This document shows positions 38,928 through 49,588 of a stretch of DNA of 64,000 nucleotides, piece after piece. The stretch comes from an uncultured bacterium (lineage in GTDB: Bacteria > Hydrothermota > UBA3073 > NMUJ01 > CBEVQO01). The stretch is taken from assembly GCA_965552055.1 (NCBI GenBank), contig CBEVQO010000001.1:384001-448000 (forward strand). Reading direction: 5' to 3'. Both the position numbers and the translations under genes were made by a program. Position 1 is the stretch's first letter. Every line of letters starts with the position of its first letter. Under the pieces are notes generated by a model. The model saw nothing but the letters and a program-made list of their open reading frames with translations, did no database searches and was not told the origin of the DNA.

Positions 38928-39388
38928 ACCACTCCCATCTTTTCACGGGGCCTGCATAACACAAAAAATAATAATCCAATTATGGTTGTGTAAAGAATAT
39001 TTGGTAGTGATTGATGAACAAACAGGTATGCACTCATTTTTTTGTTTATAAGGAGGTAGTAAACTTCAAAGAGGATTTCGGTAAAAAATACAATAAGAAT
39101 GTATGATACTATGTTGTATTTATACATATTTTCCGCAAGTAATGAAAGTCCAAATGCTATCAATGTCAGAAACAATGCTAAAAAACCCAAACCGGGTGAA
39201 AAAAATACATCCATAAAAAGACCTATAAAAAAGCCATAAAATAAACCTGCTTTACCTTTAAAAAAGGAAACAAAAAGCACACAGATTAACAGAAGATTCG
39301 GAACAAAATTAAATGGTAATTTGGGCAAAATACTTATCTGAATAATCGCAAAAATAAAAGCCAGTAATATGAGATATGAATTTTTCAT
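38924..39388 (-). CDS. mreD: Rod shape-determining protein MreD
   Basis: Hydrophobic; 'PNLLL...GF..GL.MD'; follows mreC. Confidence 0.85.
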   Translation of the reverse strand: MKNSYLILLAFIFAIIQISILPKLPFNFVPNLLLICVLFVSFFKGKAGLFYGFFIGLFMDVFFSPGLGFLALFLTLIAFGLSLLAENMYKYNIVSYILIVFFTEILFEVYYLLINKKMSAYLFVHQSLPNILYTTIIGLLFFVLCRPREKMGVV

Positions 39389-40143
39389 TTTCTTTTCAAT
39401 ACATATACAAATTTCTGATTCTTTATTCTGTAAAATGGTTCGATTTTGATTATTAATCTCAATTTATCGGGATTTGTATCTACCTCTGTTACTTTTCCTA
39501 TAAGCAGACCTTTTGGGAAAACTTCACCCATTCCCGATGTTATTACAGTATCACCTTTTCTAACATTAGCATCGATCTCAACATAATCAAGAACCAGTCC
39601 AATATCGGGACTATATTTTACAACACCGTTTACTCCCTTTCTTTTAATTGTGGCACTTATTCTGCAAGTATGTCCATAAATTGTTTCAATCCTTGAATAA
39701 TGATTCCCGGCGTTTATTACCTTACCATAAACTCCTTTATTGACGGTTACAGGCATTTGATTTTTAACCCCATCTTCTTTGCCTTTGTTTATAATTGCAT
39801 AAGCAGGGAACAAGCCCTGAGAAAGCCCTGTTATTTCTGCTGCTATTATTTCATATGAAGGAATTACAGGTAGATTCAATAGTTTACGCAAATTCTCGTT
39901 CTCATTTTTCAAATTCTGATAGAGCTGAATCTTCATCTCCAGTTCTCCTATCAGTTTTCTTAACTCTTCGTTTTCTTTCCTAACCTGTGCTAATTCCATC
40001 AATCTGTCAACCCAGTTCGTAAGTGGATTTAATACTTCTGTCAGTTTTATATTCATCTTTTTCCCAAATTCTGTTTTTGATAAAAGCATAAGAATTATGG
40101 AAATTAAAATTAATATTATAAATGTGGTATTCCTTTCTGTCAT
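39385..40143 (-). CDS. mreC: Rod shape-determining protein MreC
   Basis: ENENLRKLL, INKG..DGV, GDTVITSG.G.VFPKG. Confidence 0.93.
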   Translation of the reverse strand: MTERNTTFIILILISIILMLLSKTEFGKKMNIKLTEVLNPLTNWVDRLMELAQVRKENEELRKLIGELEMKIQLYQNLKNENENLRKLLNLPVIPSYEIIAAEITGLSQGLFPAYAIINKGKEDGVKNQMPVTVNKGVYGKVINAGNHYSRIETIYGHTCRISATIKRKGVNGVVKYSPDIGLVLDYVEIDANVRKGDTVITSGMGEVFPKGLLIGKVTEVDTNPDKLRLIIKIEPFYRIKNQKFVYVLKRK

Positions 40144-41159
40144 GATGTTTTTTCAACCAGTTCTCGATATTTGGCGAAGTTCGACAGCATTTTACCAATT
40201 CCGTTAATAACTGAGAAAAGCGGATTTTTACTTCTTTTTATCTTTAAACCTGTTTCTCTTGAGAGTGCTGCATCCATTCCGCGCAGTAATGCTCCACCAC
40301 CGACAAGTGTTATTCCTGTTTCTATTATATCAGAAGCAAGTTGAGGAGGCGTTATCTCAAGCGTTTTCTTAACAGCAGAGACAATTTCGGAGATGGGTTT
40401 TTGCAATGCCTCCCTTATTTCTTTTGAATTAACGGTTATAGTTTTTGGGAGATTTACAGATAAATCAAGTCCCTTTACTTCGATGGTCTCTTCCGGGTCA
40501 ATCGGTGCAGCAGACCCTATTTTTATTTTTATCTCCTCCGCTGTGATTTCACCTATCGATAATTTGTATTTTGATTTAAGATAATCGATTATTGCTTCAT
40601 TCATTTCATCTCCTGCTGTCCTTACTGATGTACATCTCACAACTCCACCCAGTGATATTACAGCGACTTCTGTGGTTCCTCCCCCTATATCAATGATCAT
40701 GTTTCCATGTGGCAAATTTATGGGCAGGTCTTCTCCGATTGCTGCTGCAACAGGCTGGGGCACAAAATGAACATCCCTTGCACCTGCTTTTATAAGTGAA
40801 TCTCTAACGGCTCGCTTCTCAACCAGTGTTATACCGCTTGGAATTGCAATTAAAACCGTTGGCCTAAAGATGCCTCTACTGACCCCTATTTTTTGCATTA
40901 TAAGATGAAGCATCTGCTCAACTTCTTCGACTTCGGTTATGACCCCATCTTTAAGGGGTCTAACAGCTCTTACATAGGGGGGCGTTTTACCCAGCATCTT
41001 CTTCGCTTCCCTACCAATTGCTATTGCACGCTTCACTCTATCATTAATAGCCACAACAGTAGGCTCATTGTAAACTATGCCTTTACCCTGCATGTAAACA
41101 AGAGTATTGGCAGTGCCAAGGTCAATACCAACCTTATGTCTCTCGAAAAATCTCACCAT
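40140..41159 (-). CDS. mreB: Rod shape-determining protein MreB
   Basis: GIDLGTANTL, RPLKDGVI, DIGGGTTEVA, GGGALL. Confidence 0.96.
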   Translation of the reverse strand: MVRFFERHKVGIDLGTANTLVYMQGKGIVYNEPTVVAINDRVKRAIAIGREAKKMLGKTPPYVRAVRPLKDGVITEVEEVEQMLHLIMQKIGVSRGIFRPTVLIAIPSGITLVEKRAVRDSLIKAGARDVHFVPQPVAAAIGEDLPINLPHGNMIIDIGGGTTEVAVISLGGVVRCTSVRTAGDEMNEAIIDYLKSKYKLSIGEITAEEIKIKIGSAAPIDPEETIEVKGLDLSVNLPKTITVNSKEIREALQKPISEIVSAVKKTLEITPPQLASDIIETGITLVGGGALLRGMDAALSRETGLKIKRSKNPLFSVINGIGKMLSNFAKYRELVEKTS

Positions 41160-41161
41160 TT

Positions 41162-41188
41162 AATTTAAACGAAAACTCAATTTGTCAA
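41162..41188 (-). promoter_or_regulatory. Putative promoter TTGACA-15bp-TAAATT directly before mreB
   Basis: Boxes read directly; ATG and GTG lie 2 and 5 nt downstream. Confidence 0.62.
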
Positions 41189-41198
41189 CAATTTTTTC

Positions 41199-41226
41199 TT
41201 GACAGATATAAATATTGCTATAAAAT
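41199..41226 (+). promoter_or_regulatory. Putative promoter TTGACA-16bp-TAAAAT
   Basis: Divergent from the mreB promoter; ATG 41233 lies 6 nt downstream. Confidence 0.6.
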
Positions 41227-41232
41227 ATGGGA

Positions 41233-43095
41233 ATGATGAAAAAATTCTTCATAAGTTTTTTAGGAATATGCTTTCTGGATATCCTTTTCGCTTTACCCAA
41301 TCGGATTCTCGAAATACCGACCCCATGGTTCGCACCTGTTGAGCCTTACTGGGAAGGTGGATTAAGCACTTCTACCGCAGACCTTTCACTTCATCCTCTT
41401 GATTTAAATTTACATTTCTATTACAAAAGCAGGGAGTATGAAATAGCATTCTCGATGTTCGGATGGACAGATTATGCCATTGACTTCGGATACATCATTA
41501 AAAGGGAAGATAAATATCTTTTACAAATAGGCGTTGATAACATTACTTACAGGAAATACATTACAACGGTTGGTCAGCATGGTTTTTATGACGAACAATA
41601 TGCCCATCGTCAGCCAGAAGTATTCTCTATCTATGCTGTCGGAAGAATACAGTGCGATGAAGCAGGTAAACTCTTTGCATATGTGGGACTCGGCAGAGGT
41701 AAGTTCATTGGTTACGGTCCTTTATCAAAATTTATGAACCTCGACATCCTATTACATTCTTACAATCCTTTAATTATTGGATTATTCCTGGGTGTAAAAT
41801 ATTACTTTGAAGATAGATTTTGTGGCATGATAGAGCTCACCGGTAGAAATGTAAACATTGGTTTGCAATACCTTGGTGAGTATGCGGAAATAAGCTGTGG
41901 ATGGTTGAAGCTCGAGCATCTGCGTTCAATTGGCAAACAAAGCATTTATGAGTATCTCTTCCCCAGGGTCTTCTTCACATTTGGGATACATAAAAAGTTG
42001 CCAATCGCAAAGCCACTCGCTTATAAGGCACCCAAAGAAGAGCTTTACATCTTCGGAAAAATATTAGATGCGAAGACAAAGAAGCCGATAAAGGGGATAA
42101 AACTCGCTGTAATTCCGTCATCTGCATACGGCTCTTTTGAAATCCATGAAAATGGCTCGTATATGCTGATGCTGAGAGCGAAGAAATGTAAAGTAAAAAT
42201 AGAAGCACCTAACTATTTCCCCGTGATAAAAGATGTTGTTTTGAAAACGGGTCTAAAAGAAGTAAACTTTTTCCTCGAAAAAGCAGGTCCTCCTGCTGGT
42301 AAAAGGGTGGTAGGCACGGTTACAGGTAGAATCGTCGATGGCAAAACAGGTAAACCTGTCCCGGGTGTCAGAATATCGATAATACCATCATCAGCTTCTA
42401 AATCTTTCAAAATAAGCCAGGATGGAACTTACACTATCGAGCTGTTAAAACCAAAATGCAAAATAAAGGTCTCTGCTAAAGGTTATAAATCTGTAGCAAA
42501 AATGATTAATCTAACAAAAGGAACATATGTTGTAAACTTCTATTTGCATAGAATTACTCCTTCACCAACAGATTATAACAAAAGATTAAAAATAAAAGTT
42601 TACGATGAAGAATCAAAGAAAAAAGTAAAAGATATAAAAGCAAATATATCAGAGGGGTCAGCAGAAATCCTTACAATCACCGAAGGTGAAATCGATGTAA
42701 TGGCTTATTCCCCTGAATTCAAAATAACAATAATGGCAACAGGTTATGAAACAGTGCAAAGGAAAGTTAAAGAAGAAGAGAAAATTGTTAAAGTTTATTT
42801 GAAAAGGAAAAAAATAAAAAAACTCCCGATACCACAAACAACTCAAAATGTGATAATAACCGGAATCATAAGAGATATAAAAACAGGCAAACCCATATCT
42901 AAAGTTAACTTCGTTACACAGCCAGCTGGCTTAATAAAATCAAAAACCGTATATCCAGATGGAAGATATAGAATCGAACTGAAAAAAGGAGGATGCATCC
43001 TTAAAATAAGTGCCCAGGGATATTTCACAGAAGAAGTAAAAATAACATCCGCAAAAAAAATAATAAAACAAAACTTCTCCCTTAGACCCAGATGA
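41233..43095 (+). CDS. Secreted/outer-membrane protein with about four C-terminal carboxypeptidase-regulatory-like domains
   Basis: Signal peptide; repeats 'G.I.D.KTGKP.....I......DG.Y.I.L......I..SA.GY'. Confidence 0.72.
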   Translation: MMKKFFISFLGICFLDILFALPNRILEIPTPWFAPVEPYWEGGLSTSTADLSLHPLDLNLHFYYKSREYEIAFSMFGWTDYAIDFGYIIKREDKYLLQIGVDNITYRKYITTVGQHGFYDEQYAHRQPEVFSIYAVGRIQCDEAGKLFAYVGLGRGKFIGYGPLSKFMNLDILLHSYNPLIIGLFLGVKYYFEDRFCGMIELTGRNVNIGLQYLGEYAEISCGWLKLEHLRSIGKQSIYEYLFPRVFFTFGIHKKLPIAKPLAYKAPKEELYIFGKILDAKTKKPIKGIKLAVIPSSAYGSFEIHENGSYMLMLRAKKCKVKIEAPNYFPVIKDVVLKTGLKEVNFFLEKAGPPAGKRVVGTVTGRIVDGKTGKPVPGVRISIIPSSASKSFKISQDGTYTIELLKPKCKIKVSAKGYKSVAKMINLTKGTYVVNFYLHRITPSPTDYNKRLKIKVYDEESKKKVKDIKANISEGSAEILTITEGEIDVMAYSPEFKITIMATGYETVQRKVKEEEKIVKVYLKRKKIKKLPIPQTTQNVIITGIIRDIKTGKPISKVNFVTQPAGLIKSKTVYPDGRYRIELKKGGCILKISAQGYFTEEVKITSAKKIIKQNFSLRPR

Positions 43096-46000
43096 AAATA
43101 AAAATAACAATCACAAATATACTCATAAATCTATTTAAAAAATTTCTTTTGCCTATCTCCATCTTTTACCTGTCTCTTCTCGTTTTTGCATCACTTGATA
43201 AAACATTTTACCTGACATCCATTCAAAGGCTTATTTCTTTAATTTTTTCCTCTGTTATCCTAATCTTGCTAATCTGCAAAATAAAAATTGAAAATGTGGT
43301 ATTTTATCTCGAAGAAAAATTCCCATTTAAAGGATTACTATTCTCCGCACTTAAAAAGTACGACGCTAAATATAAATACTCTGAAGAAATGATAAGCGAA
43401 ATAAAATGCAAAGCAAAAGAATTATTGAGGGAAGTAAATTTTTTAAATATTTTTCTGAAAAGAATATGGAAAACATTACCTGTCATAAGTATCGCAATTT
43501 TCTTCTTCTTTACTTATAAAATCAATAACATAATAAGAATTTTAAAGCCATTTTTAAAAGAAGAAAGGATACTTCTTTATCCCGGTGACTTCTATTGCGA
43601 AATAGGTGATAGCGTGGAAATTTATGCAAAGCCCGTTGATTTCTCACCCGATTACATTTATTTACATCTCCCGCATGAAATAGTGAAATTAAAAAAGGAA
43701 AAAAAATACAAAGTCATTGTGGGACCGATAGTCGATAGCCTTGAATATTACGCATATTATAAAGATGTGAAAAGCAAAATTTATAAAATTAGATTAAAGG
43801 TGCCTCCTTATATTACATCATTAAAAATAATACTCGATTTCCCCGATTATACCGGAATAAAAAATTATGTAACCTCAGAGCCAAATATAACGGCACTTAG
43901 AGGCACAAAAGTGAATTTCTATGCAAAATGCAATACTCCCTTAAAACAGGTAAAATTTAAATTCAAAAAAGGAGGACATTTAAAGAATATAAAAATCAAA
44001 GACAATGAATTTACAGCGAATTTTAAGGTAATGCAGAGCGATACATATTTTATTAAATTAATTTCCGTAACAGAACTTGAAAATGTTTTCATGTATCACA
44101 TAAATGTAATAAAGGACGATTCACCAAAAGTTACGATAACTTATCCTGCACATGATAAAAAACTCGATGAAAGTATGCGGGTTTTGATTTCCTTCAAAGC
44201 AGAAGATGATTTTGGCTTGTCAAAAGCTCTCTTCATATCCGACCTTGATACATTTACTTTTTATTTCAAAAGAGAACCTAAAGATACCTTTATAACATTC
44301 TTGTGGGATTTATCACAAAAAAATCTTTTACCGGGGGATAAGGTTTATTATTATGTAAAAGTTTTGGATAATGATGCGGTAATGGGGGAAAAGCCTGGTT
44401 TTTCCCAGAGATACAAAGTTTATTTCCCATCGCTTGCAGAAATGTATAAAGAAGTAGAAGAAGAGGGAGCAAAAGTTGAAGAAACTTTAAAAGAAATTCA
44501 AAACCTGATAGAAAGTGCTGAGAAATCGACGAAAGGCGATGTAAGCGAAGCTTTATCAAAAGCTAAAAAACTGTTGAAAGAGCTGGAGAAAGCAACAAAA
44601 GAATACAACGAACTCACTGAAGAAATGGAAAAAAATCCTTTTATAGACGAAGAATTAGCAAGACAAATAAAAGAACTTCAGGATTTGATGGAAGAATTGA
44701 TGACAGAAGAAATGCGACAGGCTCTGCAAAGATTAACAGAAGCATTGAAAAAGCATCCAAGAAAATTGGCAGAAGCCTTAAGAAATTTGAATTTATCCTA
44801 TGAAAATCTTAAAAAATCGATAAAAAGGACATTACATCTCTTAAAGCTTTATAAAAAGGAATTAAAGTTGAAAAGGTTTGCGGAAAAAGCAAAAGAACTT
44901 GCAGAAGCGCAAAAAAGTTTAACGCAAAGGATGCGAAAAGAAAATCCACAGGATTTGAAAAAATTGCAAAGCGGGATTTTACAAAAAATGAAGGATTTGA
45001 AAAGCGAAATCGATAAACTCGAAGGATTTGAAGAAGAGAAAAAATTATCTGCGCAAATTTTAAAAGATATGGAGAGACTCGAAAAAATGATGGGCGAAGG
45101 TAAAGCATCTCCAAAATTATCACGAAAGATAGCAAATGACCTCGAAAAGCTCTCTGAAAGATTTAATGTAGCGTTTAAGAATTTTTTAGCAAAGACAAAA
45201 GAACCTATCTTTAAGGATTTTAAAGATTTACTTCAGTATTTACTTTTTGTATCCTTTGAGATTGATAGTATCGGGATGGATTTAGAATCAGCATATAGAT
45301 TGCAGGCATTAATTGATGGTATGAAACTTGTGAAAATAAGAGTAGATGCAATATTGATGGAGACACCTTTTATTCGGGGAAAATTCGAAGAAAACATTAA
45401 AAATGCAATAAATGCAATGGAGAATATGAAAAGAGCTATAGAAGAGCAAAAAGAATGGCAGTTTAAATTTGAGAAAAAAAGGTCGAAGTCAGAAATTGTT
45501 AAATCGATAAAGAAAATTTTAGATGAGTTAAACAGATTACAGACGCAATCTTTTGCATCGATGATGCAGAGTTTATTTGACAAATTGTCGCAGATGATAA
45601 AAAATCAGGAAGATTTGATGAAAATGGCACAAAGTATACTGCCGTTACCGCTCTCTAACCCTCTCACACAGCAACAACTGCAATCACTCATTCAAAAACA
45701 AATGGAACTGGCACAGAGTTTGAAGAAACTTGCACAGGAAATTAAAGAAAAAGGAGGAAGTAATCTTGGAGATGAGCTTGGCGAAATCGCAGAGGAAATG
45801 GAAAAACTTGCAGACGATATGAAAAAAGGATTAACAGAGGATATAATAAAAAGACAAAAAAGACTACTCGATAAAATGCTTGAAGCAAGGAAATCGGTTT
45901 ATAAGAAGAAAATAACGAGGAAAAGATATTCAGAGCCGGGTAAAGATTTTACAGATTTAAAGAGTCCACCCGTGCCGAAGCTCATCACGAAAAGAGGTGT

Positions 46001-46097
46001 TGACCAGGAAAAAGTAATAGCAGAAAGTAAGAAAAAAATACCAAAATATCTTGAGAAAGCCCGGAAGGAATATTTTGAGGAGATTTTAACACAATGA
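43092..46097 (+). CDS. Large membrane-anchored Ig plus coiled-coil protein (DUF4175-like)
   Basis: N-terminal TM helices; 'PDYTG', 'D..P.V.I..P', 'AEDDFGL', 'LLPGD.V.Y.V.V.DND'; long coiled coil. Confidence 0.75.
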   Translation: MKIKITITNILINLFKKFLLPISIFYLSLLVFASLDKTFYLTSIQRLISLIFSSVILILLICKIKIENVVFYLEEKFPFKGLLFSALKKYDAKYKYSEEMISEIKCKAKELLREVNFLNIFLKRIWKTLPVISIAIFFFFTYKINNIIRILKPFLKEERILLYPGDFYCEIGDSVEIYAKPVDFSPDYIYLHLPHEIVKLKKEKKYKVIVGPIVDSLEYYAYYKDVKSKIYKIRLKVPPYITSLKIILDFPDYTGIKNYVTSEPNITALRGTKVNFYAKCNTPLKQVKFKFKKGGHLKNIKIKDNEFTANFKVMQSDTYFIKLISVTELENVFMYHINVIKDDSPKVTITYPAHDKKLDESMRVLISFKAEDDFGLSKALFISDLDTFTFYFKREPKDTFITFLWDLSQKNLLPGDKVYYYVKVLDNDAVMGEKPGFSQRYKVYFPSLAEMYKEVEEEGAKVEETLKEIQNLIESAEKSTKGDVSEALSKAKKLLKELEKATKEYNELTEEMEKNPFIDEELARQIKELQDLMEELMTEEMRQALQRLTEALKKHPRKLAEALRNLNLSYENLKKSIKRTLHLLKLYKKELKLKRFAEKAKELAEAQKSLTQRMRKENPQDLKKLQSGILQKMKDLKSEIDKLEGFEEEKKLSAQILKDMERLEKMMGEGKASPKLSRKIANDLEKLSERFNVAFKNFLAKTKEPIFKDFKDLLQYLLFVSFEIDSIGMDLESAYRLQALIDGMKLVKIRVDAILMETPFIRGKFEENIKNAINAMENMKRAIEEQKEWQFKFEKKRSKSEIVKSIKKILDELNRLQTQSFASMMQSLFDKLSQMIKNQEDLMKMAQSILPLPLSNPLTQQQLQSLIQKQMELAQSLKKLAQEIKEKGGSNLGDELGEIAEEMEKLADDMKKGLTEDIIKRQKRLLDKMLEARKSVYKKKITRKRYSEPGKDFTDLKSPPVPKLITKRGVDQEKVIAESKKKIPKYLEKARKEYFEEILTQ

Positions 46098-46975
46098 ATT
46101 TGCTTGATTTAAACTTGCTTTCAAAAATTAAGTCACTCGAATTGAAAGCAAAACATGTTATTGAGGGCTTTTTAGCGGGTTTACACAAGAGTCCTTTTCA
46201 TGGTTTTTCAGTAGAGTTTGCAGAGCACAGACAATACATGCCCGGAGACGAAATAAAGAGGATTGACTGGAGAGTTTATGCAAGGACGGACAGGTTTTAC
46301 ACAAAACTTTATGAAGAAGAGACAAATATGAATGTCTTTATTCTGGTGGATAAAAGCAAATCCATGGATTATGGATTAAAAGGTTTGAAGAAATACGAAT
46401 ATGCATCAATACTTGCCGTTTGTATTTCTTACATTTTGATAAATCAAAGGGATAAAATTTCTGTTTTCACATTTTCGGAAGATATTTCAAAGTTTTTACC
46501 GCCTTCTTCTAACTTTTCTCATCTCAAGGCAATAATTAATTTACTCGAAGAAGAGAAGCCCGATGGAGGTACAGATATATCAAAGGCGATAAAAAATCTC
46601 ACAGGATATGTGAAAAGAAAAAGTATGATAATTTTAATATCGGATTTACTTACAGAACAAAAAGCCGTATTGCACTTTATAAAGGGGCTTGCGGTGCAAA
46701 AACACGATGTGCTTGTGCTCCATATACTTGACCCTTCTGAGACGGATTTTCCTTTCAAAGAAGAGATGGTCTTCAAAGATATGGAAAATCTATCGGAAAT
46801 AATGATATCCCCTTATATACATGATTCTTATAAAAAGGTTGTGCACAATTTCATAGAAAAATATAGGGATGAATTTTTGAAGTCGGGCATTGATTATAAT
46901 TTGATAAAGACAGATGAAAAATTTGATAAAGCTTTAATCTATTGTCTGAGAAAAAGGTCAGAAATTTCCATTTAG
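46094..46975 (+). CDS. DUF58 (vWA-like) protein
   Basis: GLHKSPFHGFSVEFAEHRQY.PGD...IDW, DKSKSM, LISD. Confidence 0.93.
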   Translation: MNLLDLNLLSKIKSLELKAKHVIEGFLAGLHKSPFHGFSVEFAEHRQYMPGDEIKRIDWRVYARTDRFYTKLYEEETNMNVFILVDKSKSMDYGLKGLKKYEYASILAVCISYILINQRDKISVFTFSEDISKFLPPSSNFSHLKAIINLLEEEKPDGGTDISKAIKNLTGYVKRKSMIILISDLLTEQKAVLHFIKGLAVQKHDVLVLHILDPSETDFPFKEEMVFKDMENLSEIMISPYIHDSYKKVVHNFIEKYRDEFLKSGIDYNLIKTDEKFDKALIYCLRKRSEISI

Positions 46976-47397
46976 CTTATCAGCTTTGCAAAAGTGTCAA
47001 TCATATTTTTTGCGTGTTTAAAACCAGACTTTATGGCGTTGACCTCAATACCTCCTCTATAATAACCGTAGAGATGAAGAATATCGTAAACGGCGTAAAA
47101 CTGTACTTTTAATTTGCCGTTGCGAGGTATTTTTGATAGCCATTCCATATAACTGTTGAAATCCTTAGGTAACTCGTCTGGATTTTTACCTTTCTTTAAG
47201 ATAAAAGAGTCGATAGCGAATAGCACGGCAAGATACCCAATAGCACATGCTTCTCTTACAGGTTTACTATCGGAATAAATAATTCCATATTCAATCGGTG
47301 TTTCTTTCAAAATTTCTTTAGCATTTTTGTAATACCTTTTTGCTTCCTTTATCGCTTCTTCGGGGGTTTTTGGTATTTTTCTTTTTTCTATCCTCAT
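46972..47397 (-). CDS. DUF5618-like (HEPN-like fold) small protein
   Basis: 'EAKRYYKNAKEIL...Y.D.K.V..A....YLAVL.A...Y.ILH..GYY.G'. Confidence 0.7.
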   Translation of the reverse strand: MRIEKRKIPKTPEEAIKEAKRYYKNAKEILKETPIEYGIIYSDSKPVREACAIGYLAVLFAIDSFILKKGKNPDELPKDFNSYMEWLSKIPRNGKLKVQFYAVYDILHLYGYYRGGIEVNAIKSGFKHAKNMIDTFAKLIS

Positions 47398-49217
47398 TCT
47401 ACCGTTACACTTTTTGCAAGATTTCTTGGTTTATCAACATCCAGTCCTCTCATTCTTGCTATGTGATATGCGAGAAGCTGCAATGGTAATGCGACCAGCA
47501 TGGGTGATAAATCTTCGTGACATTCTGGGATGTAAAACACATCTTCTGCGAGCTTCGATGCCTCTTTATCTCCCTCTGTTAAAATTGCAATTATTCTACC
47601 TTTCCTTGCTTTAACTTCTTCCATATTCGATAGCATTTTGTGATAGACAGATGTCTTTGGATTTACGCATACTACTGGCATATTTTCATCAATGAGAGCA
47701 ATGGGTCCGTGTTTCATTTCACCTGCTGCATATCCCGTTGCATGAATATAAGATATTTCCTTCAACTTTAAAGCACCTTCAAGTGCAGAAGGATAATTCA
47801 CACCTCTACCAAGGAAAATGAAATTTGGCGATTTATAATATTTCTTCGCTATCTCAATAATTTCATCTTCTTTCTCAAGAATTCTTTCCATCTTATCAGG
47901 AATCTGTCTCAATTCATCGACCAGCATTTTTATAGTTTCTTTATTTACTTTTCTTTTAATTTTTCCGAGATACAATGCAAAAGTTATAAGTGCGAACAAC
48001 TGTGCTGTGTAAGCTTTTGTTGATGCCACGCCTATTTCGGGTCCTGCTTTTATAAAAATTACGGCATCGGATTCGCGAGCAATTGAACTCGTCTCAACAT
48101 TTACTATCGATAAAACTTTCATAAATTTGCTTTTCGCTTCTCTTAAAGCTGCAAGGGTATCCGCTGTCTCACCTGATTGACTAATTGCCATAACTATTGA
48201 AGAGCCATCAAGAACAGGCTCCCTGTATCTAAATTCAGACGATATATCAATTTCTGTATGTATTCTGCAATACTTTTCGATTAAATATTTCCCAACATAA
48301 CCGGCATGCCACGAAGTACCACATGCCTGAATGAATATCTTCTGAATACGGGGTAATAATTGTCTTATCCCCTTTAAATCAAAAGGAACAATATCGCTGT
48401 TTTTTAACCTTAATTCAATATTTTTTCTTATTACAGAGGGTTGCTCGTAAATTTCCTTTATCATAAATGTTGGATAACCTCCTTTATCTATCTCTATTTC
48501 TTCCTTCTCGATAGGTATTGCTTTTTTCTGTATTTCTTTACCTTCTTTATTATACACCTTTACACTATCTTTTGTTACGATTGCGAATTCGTCATTTTCC
48601 AATATTATCATTTTATGTGCTATTCCTGTTAAAGCCGGGATGTCTGATGCAACGATATTTTCTCCATCTCCTATTCCTATTATCAATGGTGAATCTTTTC
48701 TTGCGCAAACTATTTTATCGGGCTCTTTAACGGATATTACACAAATAGCATAAGCACCTACAAGGCGCTCTGCTGCTTTCATAACAGCTTTCAACAGGTC
48801 ACCTTCGTAATATTCCTCGATTAAGTGCGCGATTACTTCTGTATCGCCTGTTGTCCTCCATATGTGTCCCTTTGCTATGAGTTCTTCGCGCAGTAGAAGG
48901 AAGTTTTCAATTATTCCATTGTGCACAACTGCGATTTCGTTATTGCAGTCAATTATTGGATGGGCATTTTCGACAGATACCTCACCGTGAGTAGCCCACC
49001 TTGTGTGCCCTATCCCGATGTTACCACCTACAGGTTCTTTATCAAGCAAATCTGCAAGTTTTTTGAGACGACCAACTACTTTGCGAGTGAATAATTCACC
49101 TTTTTCTATAACAGCGATACCAGCGGAGTCATACCCCCTGTATTCAAGGCGCCACAAACCCGATAAGAGCACAGAACTGACATCCCTATCGCCAACATAC
49201 CCAACTATCCCACACAT
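47394..49217 (-). CDS. glmS: Glutamine-fructose-6-phosphate transaminase
   Basis: MCGIVG, LEYRGYDSAG, GHTRWATHG, SQSGETADT, PRNLAKSVTVE. Confidence 0.98.
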   Translation of the reverse strand: MCGIVGYVGDRDVSSVLLSGLWRLEYRGYDSAGIAVIEKGELFTRKVVGRLKKLADLLDKEPVGGNIGIGHTRWATHGEVSVENAHPIIDCNNEIAVVHNGIIENFLLLREELIAKGHIWRTTGDTEVIAHLIEEYYEGDLLKAVMKAAERLVGAYAICVISVKEPDKIVCARKDSPLIIGIGDGENIVASDIPALTGIAHKMIILENDEFAIVTKDSVKVYNKEGKEIQKKAIPIEKEEIEIDKGGYPTFMIKEIYEQPSVIRKNIELRLKNSDIVPFDLKGIRQLLPRIQKIFIQACGTSWHAGYVGKYLIEKYCRIHTEIDISSEFRYREPVLDGSSIVMAISQSGETADTLAALREAKSKFMKVLSIVNVETSSIARESDAVIFIKAGPEIGVASTKAYTAQLFALITFALYLGKIKRKVNKETIKMLVDELRQIPDKMERILEKEDEIIEIAKKYYKSPNFIFLGRGVNYPSALEGALKLKEISYIHATGYAAGEMKHGPIALIDENMPVVCVNPKTSVYHKMLSNMEEVKARKGRIIAILTEGDKEASKLAEDVFYIPECHEDLSPMLVALPLQLLAYHIARMRGLDVDKPRNLAKSVTVE

Positions 49218-49588
49218 AGTCCCCCCAATTCAAAAATATCCACAGGAATTAATTTTTTGTTAACGGGGTCAACAGCAAGCCCCATAGCTTCAAGTGAGAT
49301 AGAACCAAGCACAGGTATGCCTTCTGGAAGACAAATTGTAACAGGGCTCACAGTCCTTTTGCCTCTTACTTCAAGAGCAACATAAGTCCACTTCTTTTTG
49401 ACTTTTCTTCCATCACTCAATTTAACTTCGATTTCTCCCAATATCGGCAAATTGCAACTCTGCACAACATCTTCGGGAATTGATGTTAAATGAGAACCTG
49501 TATCAACAATCATCTCTATTTCTTCCAAAAATTCAAACTCTCCATTTTTAACTATCCCAATTTTAACTTTTTCTTTAAATACACTCAT
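49205..49588 (-). CDS. Clan AA (retropepsin-like) aspartic protease, AF_0612 type
   Basis: 'IVDTGS', 'LG...LEAMGLAVDP'. Confidence 0.85.
   Translation of the reverse strand: MSVFKEKVKIGIVKNGEFEFLEEIEMIVDTGSHLTSIPEDVVQSCNLPILGEIEVKLSDGRKVKKKWTYVALEVRGKRTVSPVTICLPEGIPVLGSISLEAMGLAVDPVNKKLIPVDIFELGGLCVG

Noticed and set aside
49205..49230. glmS ribozyme
   Set aside because: The glmS start overlaps the upstream CDS, so there is no leader.
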